The notes under the pieces are model-generated. The model made no database searches, was not told the DNA's origin, and worked only from the letters and a program-made list of their open reading frames with translations. From the NCBI GenBank assembly GCA_963666515.2, contig OY762897.2, positions 800,001 through 864,000 of the forward strand: a stretch of 64,000 nt of DNA, read 5' to 3'. Below are positions 1 through 9,235 of the stretch, piece after piece. Origin of the DNA: Candidatus Binatia bacterium. Lineage in GTDB: Bacteria; Desulfobacterota; Binatia; UBA9968; JAJDTQ01. Both the position numbers and the translations under genes were made by a program. Positions within the stretch are counted from its first letter, which is position 1. Each line of letters opens with the position of its first letter.

Positions 1-261
1 ATGCCCCGATCAACAAAGACCGTTACGTTTTCCCTCTCCCCGGCAATGGCGGAACGTGTCGATCACATCATGAAGCAGCAGGGACGAAACAGGAGCGAGT
101 TGGTCCGTGAGGCCTTGCTCCGTTACATGGAGGAGTGCGAGTGGCGAGAACTGCTCCAATACGGAGAACGCCGTGCGAGGGCTTTGGGTATCGGCCCTGA
201 AGACGTTTCGACCCTGGTGGAAGAGTACCGGGCGGAAGTCGGCCCTTCCTCTCGCAAATGA
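1..261 (+). CDS. CopG/ribbon-helix-helix antitoxin-like protein
   Basis: TVTFSLS...NRSELVREALLRY RHH pattern; stop overlaps start of downstream PIN gene (ATGA). Confidence 0.8.
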   Translation: MPRSTKTVTFSLSPAMAERVDHIMKQQGRNRSELVREALLRYMEECEWRELLQYGERRARALGIGPEDVSTLVEEYRAEVGPSSRK

Positions 262-662
262 GGGTCGTTCTAGACACAAACGTCGTCGTGTCCGGTCTGA
301 ATTTTCCTGGGAACGAGCGGTTGGTCCTGGAGTTGAGCCTCCGCGGGCGTTTCGCAATGTACTTCTCGGCGTTCATCTTGGAAGAAATTCAAGGAGTGCT
401 AGGTCGCAAGTTCGGTTGGGGTCAAGACCGTGTATCGGAAGCTCGGCGCACTTTGGAAAGGGCCGCTACCGTCATCGAGCCCCGGCGGCTCCCAAATGTG
501 ATCGAGTCCAACGAAGCGGACAACCGTATCCTGGAGTGCGCGCTGGAGGCCTCCGCCGACTACCTGGTGACCGGCGACCGACGGCATCTGTTGCCTCTTA
601 GAGAACACCGGGGCGTCAAGATACTTAATGGCCCCCGTTTTCTGGCTGTTTTGGGCTATTAG
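258..662 (+). CDS. PIN-domain toxin (VapC-like)
   Basis: MRVVLDTNVVVS, DNRILECA, LVTGDRRHLL PIN acidic motifs. Confidence 0.9.
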   Translation: MRVVLDTNVVVSGLNFPGNERLVLELSLRGRFAMYFSAFILEEIQGVLGRKFGWGQDRVSEARRTLERAATVIEPRRLPNVIESNEADNRILECALEASADYLVTGDRRHLLPLREHRGVKILNGPRFLAVLGY

Positions 663-744
663 TTAAAGAAAATCTACATTCCAATGACCCAATGAACTTT
701 GGTATTGCAAAGCGCAACAATTTCAAACGTTCAAGGAGGTCCTC

Positions 745-1119
745 ATGGCCATTGAGCTCAACCATACGATCGTGCCTGTCCACGACAAGGAGGAGTCGGC
801 CCGTTTCTGGGAGAAGATCTTCGGGTTCGAGCACCAGAAGCCGCTGGGGCACTTCCAGCCGATCCATATTTCCTCCCAGTCCTTGTCGCTTGATCTCGAC
901 GACCGCAAGCAGGTGGAGCATCACCACTATGCCTTCAAGGTGAGCGAGCAGGAGTTCGACGAGATATTCGGCCGCATCCGGGAGGCTGGGCTGGAATACG
1001 GCAGCGGTCCCAGGAGTTCCACCGACATGAAGACCAACACCTGGAACGGCGGGCGCGGCGTTTACTTCCGGGACCCCAACGGGCATCTGCTGGAGTTGCT
1101 CACACAGGACTACGCCTGA
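745..1119 (+). CDS. VOC/glyoxalase family protein
   Basis: LNHTIVPV, HHYAF, GVYFRDPNGHLLEL; AGGAGG RBS upstream. Confidence 0.9.
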   Translation: MAIELNHTIVPVHDKEESARFWEKIFGFEHQKPLGHFQPIHISSQSLSLDLDDRKQVEHHHYAFKVSEQEFDEIFGRIREAGLEYGSGPRSSTDMKTNTWNGGRGVYFRDPNGHLLELLTQDYA

Positions 1120-1143
1120 CGGCCGGACTTCGATTGTATGCTT

Positions 1144-2346
1144 CTACGGCCGCGCCGGCTCGGGCAGCGGGGCGTCGTCGGAGCGGATGGTGATGTAGAC
1201 CATGGCGGCCGACGCCAGCAGGATCAGGCTCATCATCTGCATGAAGCCGTCGTAGCTTCCGTACACGTCGAAGTAGACGCTGGCCAGGATGGGCCCGCCG
1301 CTGGAGCCGACTTGGTGCACGAGGAAGCTCAGGCCGAGGATGAGTCCCGCCAGCCTCGGCCCTACCATCTCGAAGAACATGACGTTCTGGACCCCGATGG
1401 TGCCGAATGTCGGCCCCATGGCCAGCGCCACCACGATGTAGAAGGCCAACGGGTTCGAGAAGTCCAGGGACAGGGCAAAAGTGCCCACGCCCCGGAAGAC
1501 GTAGGTGAGGGCCAGCGCCTGCGCGCGGCCGTAGCGGTCGGAGACCCAGCCGAAGGCCACCGCGGAGACCGCGGCGGCGACTCCGAAGACGGTGACGGCA
1601 TCCCGCCCGACGACCTGGTCGAAGCCCTTGCTCAACGCGATGGCCACCAGGTGCACGCTCTGGAACAGGGCGAAACCGCAGGAGAACCGCGCCGCGAACA
1701 GCAGCAGCATGTTCCGGTCCCGCAGATAGGGCAGGCAGCTTCCCCAGCTTGCGCGTTCGCGGCGCGTGGAGGAGGAGGGGTCGGGATCGCGCGCGCCGAC
1801 CCACCCGAACGGGAAAGCCACGAACAACAGAAGCACCCCGCAGAACATCGCGGCCATGCGCCAGTCATAGTTCACGATGATGTAGTGCAGCGGCCACGCC
1901 AGGAAGAAGGGGCTCATCGGCGACGCCGTCTGGACGATGCTCACCGCCAGGCCGCGGTTGCTGGCCTCGTAGTGCTTGGCCACCAGCAGCGAGATGATCA
2001 CCAGTCCGCAGGCCCCCTTGGCCATGCCGGTCATGATCCCGAAGGTAAGGGATAGCTGCCACAGGTTCTGCGACAGGCCCATGCCGAAGAAGCCCGCGGC
2101 CATGAGGAGCACCCCGCCCAGGATCACCGGGCGGGTGCCGAGGTCGTCCGCCTTCTTCCCGAACAGCACGCCGCCGACGGCCCAACCCAGCATTGCGAAC
2201 ACGTAGGGAACCGTCGCCGTGGTGCGCGACCAGCCGAACGCCGTCTCGATGGGCGTCAGGAACAGGCTGAACGCGTTCATGCTGATGGACGTGATGACCA
2301 CCACCGCGGCGGACATGACGACGATGACGATACGCGGGAGCCGCAT
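1144..2346 (-). CDS. MFS transporter
   Basis: About 12 hydrophobic segments; GKKADDLGTR and GWVSDRYGR MFS loop motifs; start moved to MRLPRIV. Confidence 0.85.
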   Translation of the reverse strand: MRLPRIVIVVMSAAVVVITSISMNAFSLFLTPIETAFGWSRTTATVPYVFAMLGWAVGGVLFGKKADDLGTRPVILGGVLLMAAGFFGMGLSQNLWQLSLTFGIMTGMAKGACGLVIISLLVAKHYEASNRGLAVSIVQTASPMSPFFLAWPLHYIIVNYDWRMAAMFCGVLLLFVAFPFGWVGARDPDPSSSTRRERASWGSCLPYLRDRNMLLLFAARFSCGFALFQSVHLVAIALSKGFDQVVGRDAVTVFGVAAAVSAVAFGWVSDRYGRAQALALTYVFRGVGTFALSLDFSNPLAFYIVVALAMGPTFGTIGVQNVMFFEMVGPRLAGLILGLSFLVHQVGSSGGPILASVYFDVYGSYDGFMQMMSLILLASAAMVYITIRSDDAPLPEPARP

Positions 2347-2478
2347 GGTTGTTTCAGGATCGGGTGAGAGGGTTTCCCGTTGTATGGGCGCGACGCGTCC
2401 GGGCGGGGCCGGCCCGGGCGCCGGCGCCGTTGAGTTCCGCCCGGACCTCAACGGCCCGGGCGGGTTTGTGTTCCACTC

Positions 2479-3567
2479 CTACAGGCCGTAGAGCGCCTTG
2501 GGATTGTGGTACAGGATGTTGTCCTTCCGCTCCTGGCTGACGTCGTCCATCTTCTTCAGGTCGAGGATGGCGTCCATCTCGCTGGACGGATCGGTGTGGC
2601 CGTAGTCGGTGCCGATGACCAGGTTGCCCTCGCCCGAGTACTTGAGGACGTAGGGGATGTCGTCGTTGGTCTGGCAGGTGACGTAGATGCCGTACTCCTC
2701 GAAGAGGTCCTTGGGGAACTCGCGCCCGGCCGCCTGGTACCGGTTCTCGCTCTCCAGGTAGATCCACGGCACCCACTGGGAGGAGGCTTCGATGAAGCCC
2801 CAGCGGAGGTTCGGGAAGACCTGGGGGATCTCGCTCATGATGAGGCCCAGGCACGACGTGACCGTAGGCGCCCGGAACATGGCGAAACGGCCCGCGGTGG
2901 TGGGACGGTAGGTGTCGCAGTTGCCGGGGTTGCCGTTGGCGATGTGCACGGCGACGGCCATGTCCAGGTCCGCGGCCGCCTGGTAGACGGGGTAGAAGTA
3001 CGGATCGCACATGTCCCGGTCCCCCTCCAGCGGCCGCATGCAAACCGCCACCGCGCCGTCCTCCTGGGCCTGCTTCATCTGCGCCACCGCTTCGTCCAGC
3101 GCCAGCACCGGCACCACGCAGGACCAGCGCAGCCGGCCCTCGCTCTGTCGGTAGATGTCGCCCAGCCAGCGGTTCCAGCTCCGGCACAGCGCGGCCTCCA
3201 CATCCGGCCGGGTGGTGATCTGCTCGATCCAGAAGGTGTTGTGGAGCACCTGCACGTCCACCCCCAGCTTTTCCATGTGGTCGAGCCGAAGCTGGACGTC
3301 GTCCAGCTCGCGCGCGGCCTGGGGCGACTCGACGTTCCGTCCGAACTGGTCCGACAGGTCCCTCAGTTGCTGCTCGCTGTAGGTGGGGAAGCGGAACCCG
3401 CGGATCTTTTCGTCGATGACCCAGTACTGGAGGGTGGGTTCCTGGGGCGAGGAGAAGAGTGTAGGGCGGAACTTCTCCTCCGACGGCTCCAGGTAGTCCC
3501 ACGTGTGTTCGGTTTCGATCACGTGGGCATCGGCATCGATGACCGGAAGGCTTTCCTGGCTGGACAT
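2479..3567 (-). CDS. Amidohydrolase_2 family metal-dependent hydrolase/decarboxylase
   Basis: IDADAH, AVHIA, IGTDYGH motifs; start at MSSQESL after AGGAG. Confidence 0.9.
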   Translation of the reverse strand: MSSQESLPVIDADAHVIETEHTWDYLEPSEEKFRPTLFSSPQEPTLQYWVIDEKIRGFRFPTYSEQQLRDLSDQFGRNVESPQAARELDDVQLRLDHMEKLGVDVQVLHNTFWIEQITTRPDVEAALCRSWNRWLGDIYRQSEGRLRWSCVVPVLALDEAVAQMKQAQEDGAVAVCMRPLEGDRDMCDPYFYPVYQAAADLDMAVAVHIANGNPGNCDTYRPTTAGRFAMFRAPTVTSCLGLIMSEIPQVFPNLRWGFIEASSQWVPWIYLESENRYQAAGREFPKDLFEEYGIYVTCQTNDDIPYVLKYSGEGNLVIGTDYGHTDPSSEMDAILDLKKMDDVSQERKDNILYHNPKALYGL

Positions 3568-3700
3568 GGCGCGTCTCCTTGATACGCGGCCCGGAGGATT
3601 CCGGGTCGTCAGGGTTTTTGCCCGGCGCCGCACGGCAGCCGGTGCTCAACCGTCAAGTTCGACCAAGAGCCCGCGTTTGTCAACCGCTACGCGGTGTTCT

Positions 3701-3761
3701 TCCGTTCGTCCTGAGCCCTTCGACAAGCTCAGGACAGGCGTAGCGAAGCGAAGTCGAAGGA
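3701..3761. repeat. Palindromic intergenic REP-like unit (CCTGAGC..TTCGACAAGCTCAGG type)
   Basis: gtcctgagc-ccttcgacaa-gctcaggac hairpin; reverse complement shares ccttcgacttcgcttcgct and caggacga with 34067-34093. Confidence 0.65.
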
Positions 3762-3790
3762 CCCCAATCTTCCCTGCCGTCGTATGCCGC

Positions 3791-4555
3791 TCAGTGCAGG
3801 TTGGCCCCGCCGTTCACGAGAATCGACTGGCCGGTGACGAAGGCGCTCAGGTCCGAAAGGAGGTACAGCGCGGTGCCCACCACGTCCTCGGGTTTCTCGA
3901 TGCGCTGCAGCAGGCGCTTGGCCGCTGACCGTTCGTAGTCCTCCAGAGCGGCGGCCGTGGGCTCCGGCTCGCTGGCGGTGGAGCCCGGCGCCAGCGTGTT
4001 CACCCGGATGTTGTCGGGGCCCAGCTCGCGGGCGAGCACCCGGCTGAAGCCCACCACCGCCGCCTTGGACACCACGTAGTGCATCATGCCGCCGCCGCCG
4101 TTGTAGGCCATGTTGGAGGCGATGTTGACGATGCTACCCTGGCGGCGCTCCTGCATGGCGGGGGCCACCGCGCGGCTGCACAGCCACAGCCCCTTGACGT
4201 TCACGGCCATTACCCGGTCCCACTCATCTTCCTGGATGTCCTGGAAACCCGAGCGCGTCACCGGCACGCTCATGAAGACCGCGGCGTTGTTGACCAATCC
4301 GTCGATCCGTCCGAAGGCTTCGAGGGTGGCCTCGGCCATGGCCCGGCAACTCGAAGAGTCCGCCACGTCCGTCTGGAGCCCGAGGCCCCGGCCGCCTTCG
4401 CGCGCTACCTCCCCGGCCACGGACTCGGCGGCGGCCCCGTCGATGTCCGCGGCCACCGGGATGCCGCCCTCCCGCGCGATGCCCAGGCAATAGGCGCGGC
4501 CGATGCCGTTGCCTCCTCCGGTGACGATGACGACTTTCTGATCCAGCAGACCCAT
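3791..4555 (-). CDS. SDR family NAD(P)-dependent oxidoreductase
   Basis: TGGGNGIG, LVNNAA, YVVSK (YxxxK); start MGLLDQK. Confidence 0.92.
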   Translation of the reverse strand: MGLLDQKVVIVTGGGNGIGRAYCLGIAREGGIPVAADIDGAAAESVAGEVAREGGRGLGLQTDVADSSSCRAMAEATLEAFGRIDGLVNNAAVFMSVPVTRSGFQDIQEDEWDRVMAVNVKGLWLCSRAVAPAMQERRQGSIVNIASNMAYNGGGGMMHYVVSKAAVVGFSRVLARELGPDNIRVNTLAPGSTASEPEPTAAALEDYERSAAKRLLQRIEKPEDVVGTALYLLSDLSAFVTGQSILVNGGANLH

Positions 4556-4682
4556 GATCGTTCCTTTCTTCGCGGACACGCGCGTAGAACCTCGCGGCAG
4601 GTTGCAACCATCGGGATTCCTTGTCAAGGCAGCCCTCGGCTGCAAGCCGCACCCATCACCGTGCGTCCTCCCCACCCCAACC

Positions 4683-4713
4683 CCCTGGACCCCGGGTCAA
4701 GCCCAGGGTGACG
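4683..4713. repeat. CGTCA-type REP palindrome
   Basis: ccctggaccccgggtcaagcccagggtgacg; near-identical to 40625-40655. Confidence 0.75.
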
Positions 4714-4765
4714 TGAACGTCGGCCACCTCTTCTACAATACCGCCCCGATTGCTAGTTTGTCCGT

Positions 4766-5215
4766 ATGGACCATCATGCAAATCTCCTTGAACGGAACCA
4801 GGACATCAGGGACCTGCTCGCCTCCGTCCATCGCATAGCCGTGCTCGGAATCAAGACCGAGCAGCAGGCATCCCAGCCTGCATTCTACGTGCCGCGGTAC
4901 ATGCACCGCGCGGGTTTCGACGTGATCCCCGTGCCCGTGTACTACCCGGAGGTGACGGAGATTCTCGGCAAGACGGTGTACCGCCGGCTGGCGGACATCC
5001 CCGGCGCGGTGGACTTGGTGAACGTGTTCCGGCGTCCGCAAGACATCGAGCCGCACCTCAATGACCTGCTGGCCGCGAAACCCGCGGCGGTGTGGTTCCA
5101 GTCCGGCATCCGCCATCAGGCGGTGGCCGAGACGCTGGCGCGGGCGGGCATCAAGGTGGTCCAGGACCGCTGACTCATGGTGGAACACCGGTCGCCGGCG
5201 GCGACCATCCCATAA
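4766..5215 (+). CDS. YccU-like CoA-binding protein, probable selenoprotein (in-frame TGA at 5171-5173)
   Basis: IAVLG, VDLVNVFR, AVWFQSGI motifs; VVQDR-TGA-LMVEHR matches the family C-terminal DRC..EH motif; hairpin GGTCGCC-GGC-GGCGACC follows; TAA at 5213-5215. Confidence 0.8.
5190..5206 (+). promoter_or_regulatory. Putative bacterial SECIS hairpin
   Basis: 7-bp stem GGTCGCC/GGCGACC with GGC loop; loop starts after 23 nt downstream of the TGA. Confidence 0.6.
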
Positions 5216-5231
5216 CCCTCTCCGGCCTGAC

Positions 5232-6110
5232 TCAACCCAGGGCCAGAATCCAGCACAGCAACACGGCCGCGGCCCCCAGGACGCCGATCCTGAGCTGCAT
5301 GCGTGCGTTCTCCGGATGGTCCGCGGTGGCGGCCCGCGCGCCGCCCACGGCTCCGCCCGCGGCCAGCCCCCAGAAGTGCGCCCACAGGTCCACGCGCTGG
5401 CCGCCGGTGCCGAGCATGCCGAGAATCGCCAGTCCGGCGGCCAGCGGCACCCAGGCCCGCCGTCCCCGCAGCCCGATGCGCCGCCGCCGCACCACCCCCG
5501 TCCCGCCCAGTACGCCCAGCGCGCCGAAGACCGCGGTGGAGGCTCCCACCGAGATGTGGTCGAAGCCGTAGGACCACGCGTTGCAGAAGTTCCCCAGCGC
5601 GCCCGCGCCCAGCACCAGGGCGGCCCCGACCCCCGGGCCTTCGGACCGGCAGACCGCGGTCAGGAAGAACACCATGGCCACCGCGTTGGAGCCCACGTGG
5701 GGCAGATCGGCGTGCAGGGTAAGGGCGGTGACCGTGCGCCACAGCTCGCCGCCGAGGATCAACTCGGCGGAGGCGGCGCCGCGCGCGACCCAAGGCACCA
5801 ACCCGTGGGTCCAAGCCTCAACGAAGAAGAACGCCAGCAGCCCCGTCGCCACCCCCACGCCGGTGTAGAGGGGCGCCTTGCCGGTCCACACCTGCTCTTC
5901 GGGCGCCGTGGCGCGGGTCTCGCTCTCGTAGTCCCAGAGTTCGGTTACCGCCTGCTCCAGGTGCCGCGAGGGAACCGACAGCACCCAGCCGTTGGAGGTG
6001 CGCTGCAGACGCGGAGCCAAGCCCTCCGCTTCCAGCACCAGCGCCCATTCCTCGGCCCGGCGCAGGTCCGTCGTCCTGCGTACGATGATTTCCCGTCTCG
6101 CCTGCATCAT
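5232..6110 (-). CDS. Rhomboid family intramembrane serine protease
   Basis: ELWRTVTALTLHADLPHVGSN, catalytic GAS(T), AHFWG. Confidence 0.88.
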   Translation of the reverse strand: MMQARREIIVRRTTDLRRAEEWALVLEAEGLAPRLQRTSNGWVLSVPSRHLEQAVTELWDYESETRATAPEEQVWTGKAPLYTGVGVATGLLAFFFVEAWTHGLVPWVARGAASAELILGGELWRTVTALTLHADLPHVGSNAVAMVFFLTAVCRSEGPGVGAALVLGAGALGNFCNAWSYGFDHISVGASTAVFGALGVLGGTGVVRRRRIGLRGRRAWVPLAAGLAILGMLGTGGQRVDLWAHFWGLAAGGAVGGARAATADHPENARMQLRIGVLGAAAVLLCWILALG

Positions 6111-6122
6111 GGCGTTCTACAA

Positions 6123-6177
6123 CGTCACCTCCGGGCTTGACCCGGATCAAGTCCGGAGCAGACTCCGGGGTCCAGGG
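6123..6177. repeat. CGTCA-type REP palindrome (composite)
   Basis: cgtcacctccgggcttgacccgga...ccggggtccaggg. Confidence 0.65.
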
Positions 6178-6281
6178 ATGGGGCGAGCGGGCCAGAATGA
6201 CGGGTGCCGGCATTCGGATCCTGGCGCATGGGACGTAGATACAAGACGCGACCAGCGGCTTCAACTTCCGCCGGCGCGGCC

Positions 6282-7145
6282 TCAGCGCCAGGTGATGAGC
6301 ACGATCCCGGTGACGATCAGCACCGCCCCGGCGGCCACCCGGGCGTTTACGGTCTCCAGGTCCCGCAGGAACAGGGCGCTGAAGAGCACGATGAAGAGCG
6401 GGTTGGTGTTGATGAGCGGCACCACCACGGATACGTCCCCCTCGCTCAGGGCGATGTAGCCCAGAAGCTGGGCGGTGGCCGATACCACCGCGGCGGTGCC
6501 GTAGAACGGCAGGCACTTCCGGTCCCCCTGGAAGGTGGCCCGCAACTGGCCCGTGGCCGCCAGGCTGAGGGAGAACACCGCCAGCGACGTGGTGATGGTG
6601 ACGGCGGTGGCGACGTAAGGGTTGGGCATGATCAGCAGCCCGGTCTTGCGGAAGTTCTGCGAGATGGCCGTGAGGAAGGCCGCCCCCAGCGGGTAGGCCA
6701 GGTGAATGGCCTTCCACTCGCTCTCCCCCTCGCGCCGGGTGGAGGTGAGCCACACCCCCACCACGCTCAGGAGCGATCCCAGGTAGACCGCGGCTTCGGG
6801 CCGCTCGCCCAGGAAGGTGAACGCCAGGGCGATGGCGAACAGCGGCGTCACGCTGCGCACCGGGCCGGCGCGCGACGCGCCCAGGCGGACGATGCCCGTG
6901 TAGTGGAGGAAGCGGACGATGGCGGGCTGGATCAGCCCGCTGATGATGAAGTACCAGGTGGCGTCGGTGTAGAGCAGGCTCAGCGGAAAGAACAGCCAGA
7001 TAGCAGTCCACAGCGCCACCGTGCTCAGCACGAACCCCATGAGCGCGGCCAGCGCCACGCTGGCGTAGCGCGAGCCCCGGCGCACCAGGATCGCCTCGGA
7101 GCCCCACGCCACCGCCGAGGTCAGGGCTAGGAACTCGGGACCCAT
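6282..7145 (-). CDS. EamA/DMT family transporter
   Basis: Ten hydrophobic segments in two repeats; FLGERP, FLRDLE. Confidence 0.85.
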   Translation of the reverse strand: MGPEFLALTSAVAWGSEAILVRRGSRYASVALAALMGFVLSTVALWTAIWLFFPLSLLYTDATWYFIISGLIQPAIVRFLHYTGIVRLGASRAGPVRSVTPLFAIALAFTFLGERPEAAVYLGSLLSVVGVWLTSTRREGESEWKAIHLAYPLGAAFLTAISQNFRKTGLLIMPNPYVATAVTITTSLAVFSLSLAATGQLRATFQGDRKCLPFYGTAAVVSATAQLLGYIALSEGDVSVVVPLINTNPLFIVLFSALFLRDLETVNARVAAGAVLIVTGIVLITWR

Positions 7146-7170
7146 GACGACCGGCGTTGAAGCGTGAGAC

Positions 7171-8019
7171 TCACTCCAGCACGAGCGGGGTGTCGTCGCG
7201 GTTGGCCCACTCGCCCATGGAGCCGTCGTAGTTGCGCGCCCGCTCGTAGCCCAGCAGTGTCAGGACGAAGACTCCGTGCGCCGCACGGATGCCGCCCTGT
7301 CAATAGGTGACCACTTCCTTGTCCGGCGGAACCCCCGCCTGCTCCAGCAGGCTCCGAAGCTCCCCGGCCGGTTTCAGGGTCTTGTACGGCTTGTCCTGGA
7401 GGAAGTTGAGCCATTCCAGGTGTACCGCGCCCGGGATGCGGCCCGCCCGCTTGTTGCCGCGGTCGTTGGCGCCCGTCCACTCGCCGTCCGAGCGCACGTC
7501 GAGGAACATCACGTCCGGGTTGCCGACGTTGGCCGTCCCGTAGTCCAGCGTGCACACGAGGTCCGGGTTCGCCTTGGGGTTGAACACCGCGCCATCGGGC
7601 TTCGGCACGTCCAGGGTCATCGGCCGTCCCTCGCCGAACCACTTCTGCCAGCCGCCGTTGAGCACGGTCACCTCGGTATGGCCGTAGTAGTTCAGCACCC
7701 ACCACAGGCGCGCGGCCCACAGCGACCCGTTGCTGTCGTAGGCCACCACCCGCGTTCCGTCGCCGATGCCCAGGCTCTCCATCACTTCCTTCGCCGTGTC
7801 CGGCGGCGCCACCAGGGGGTACTTGCGCGGTTCCTTGTCGTATCCCGGCTGCTTGATGTAGTGGTGCACGCGGATACCGACCGCGCCCTTGATGTGAGCC
7901 CGGCGGTAGACGTCGAACGGATCGCAGTCCACGATGCGGATGTCCGGGTCGTCGAGATGCTGCTCCAGCCAGTCTGTCTCCGTCAGCAGCTCCGGGTGCG
8001 CGTAGCCTTCCTCTGCCAT
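7171..8019 (-). CDS. Two-domain rhodanese sulfurtransferase (SseA-like), probable selenoprotein (TGA at 7302-7300)
   Basis: AHIKGA, LNGGWQKW, GRIPGA; VVTY-TGA-QGGIRAA at the catalytic Cys position, then frame continues to NYDGSMGEW and a stop at 7173-7171. Confidence 0.9.
7273..7289 (-). promoter_or_regulatory. Putative bacterial SECIS hairpin
   Basis: TCCGTGC-GGC-GCACGGA beginning 10 nt after the TGA. Confidence 0.7.
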
Positions 8020-8149
8020 GGGTCCACCTCCTGGTGTGGCGTGTCGAATCTCTAACAGATCGAACGGCGGCGCGCGAACGCGCCCGGCTTGAACTGTCGC
8101 GCCGTCTTGGGCGAGAATGGCACACTGCAATCTATCGGAGGGAAACGAC

Positions 8150-9220
8150 ATGTCCATGTTCATCGACGCCGACGCGCACGTGATCGAGACCGAGCAGACC
8201 TGGGAGTTCATGGAGGAAGAGGACAAGCGCTTCGCGCCGGACCTGCTGGTCTCGGAGCGAAGCGGCCTCCGCTACTGGCGCATCGACGAGCGGGTGGTGC
8301 CCAACACCAACATCGGCCTCAACACCACCGCCGAGTCCCGCGAGCTGGCCGACGTGTCGGCGCGCATCGCCCACATGGACGAGCTGTCGGTGGACGTCCA
8401 GGTCATCTATCCCACGCTGTTCCTGCGGCCGCTCACCGCCCGGGCCGACGTGGAGCGGGCGCTCTGCCGGGGCTACAACCGCTGGCTGGCGGAGATCTGG
8501 AAGCAGGGGGGCGGCCGCATCCGCTGGGTGGTGCTGGCGCCCGTCCGGTCCATGGACCGGGCCATCGAGGAAATCCGCTTCGGCAAGGCCAACGGCGCCT
8601 GCGGGGTCTTCATACATGGCTTCGAGGGCGAGCGGCTGCTCTCGGACGACACCTTCTTCCCCATCTACCAGGAGGCCAGCGACCTCGACATGCCCATCTG
8701 CATCCACGCGGGCGGCGGCAACCTCGACCACTACGACCTGTTCGCCCAGGACGTGTTCTCGCGCTTCAAGCTCCCCGCGGTGGGCGCGTTCAACAACCTC
8801 ATCTACAAGGGCATCCCCGACCTGTTTCCGAAGCTTCGCTGGTGCTTCGTGGAGACCACCTCCCAGTGGGTCCCCTACGCGCTCAACGACCTGCAGATCC
8901 GCACCACCGCCGAGCTGACCTTTCGCCGGAAACACGCCGACAGCAAGCTGGCCGGCGTGCGCGGCGCGCCCCGGGAGCTGGGCGACGGCAACCTGCTCAA
9001 GGACAACCGCATCTACGTGGCCTGCCAGACCACCGACGACCTCCCTTACGTGATCCAGCACGCCGGCGAGGACAACATCATCGTCGGCACCGACTACGGC
9101 CACGCCGACTACTCCAACGACATGGAGGCCATCGCCACGCTGGCGAAGGAGGGCGTACTCGCCGAAGGCGTGGGCGACAAGATACTGAGCGACAACCCCC
9201 GGCGGCTGTATGCCCTCTAG
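8150..9220 (+). CDS. Amidohydrolase_2 family protein
   Basis: IDADAHVIETE, ICIHAG, VGTDYGH; paralog of 2479-3567. Confidence 0.9.
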   Translation: MSMFIDADAHVIETEQTWEFMEEEDKRFAPDLLVSERSGLRYWRIDERVVPNTNIGLNTTAESRELADVSARIAHMDELSVDVQVIYPTLFLRPLTARADVERALCRGYNRWLAEIWKQGGGRIRWVVLAPVRSMDRAIEEIRFGKANGACGVFIHGFEGERLLSDDTFFPIYQEASDLDMPICIHAGGGNLDHYDLFAQDVFSRFKLPAVGAFNNLIYKGIPDLFPKLRWCFVETTSQWVPYALNDLQIRTTAELTFRRKHADSKLAGVRGAPRELGDGNLLKDNRIYVACQTTDDLPYVIQHAGEDNIIVGTDYGHADYSNDMEAIATLAKEGVLAEGVGDKILSDNPRRLYAL

Positions 9221-9235
9221 GAGTCTGAGGCAACC

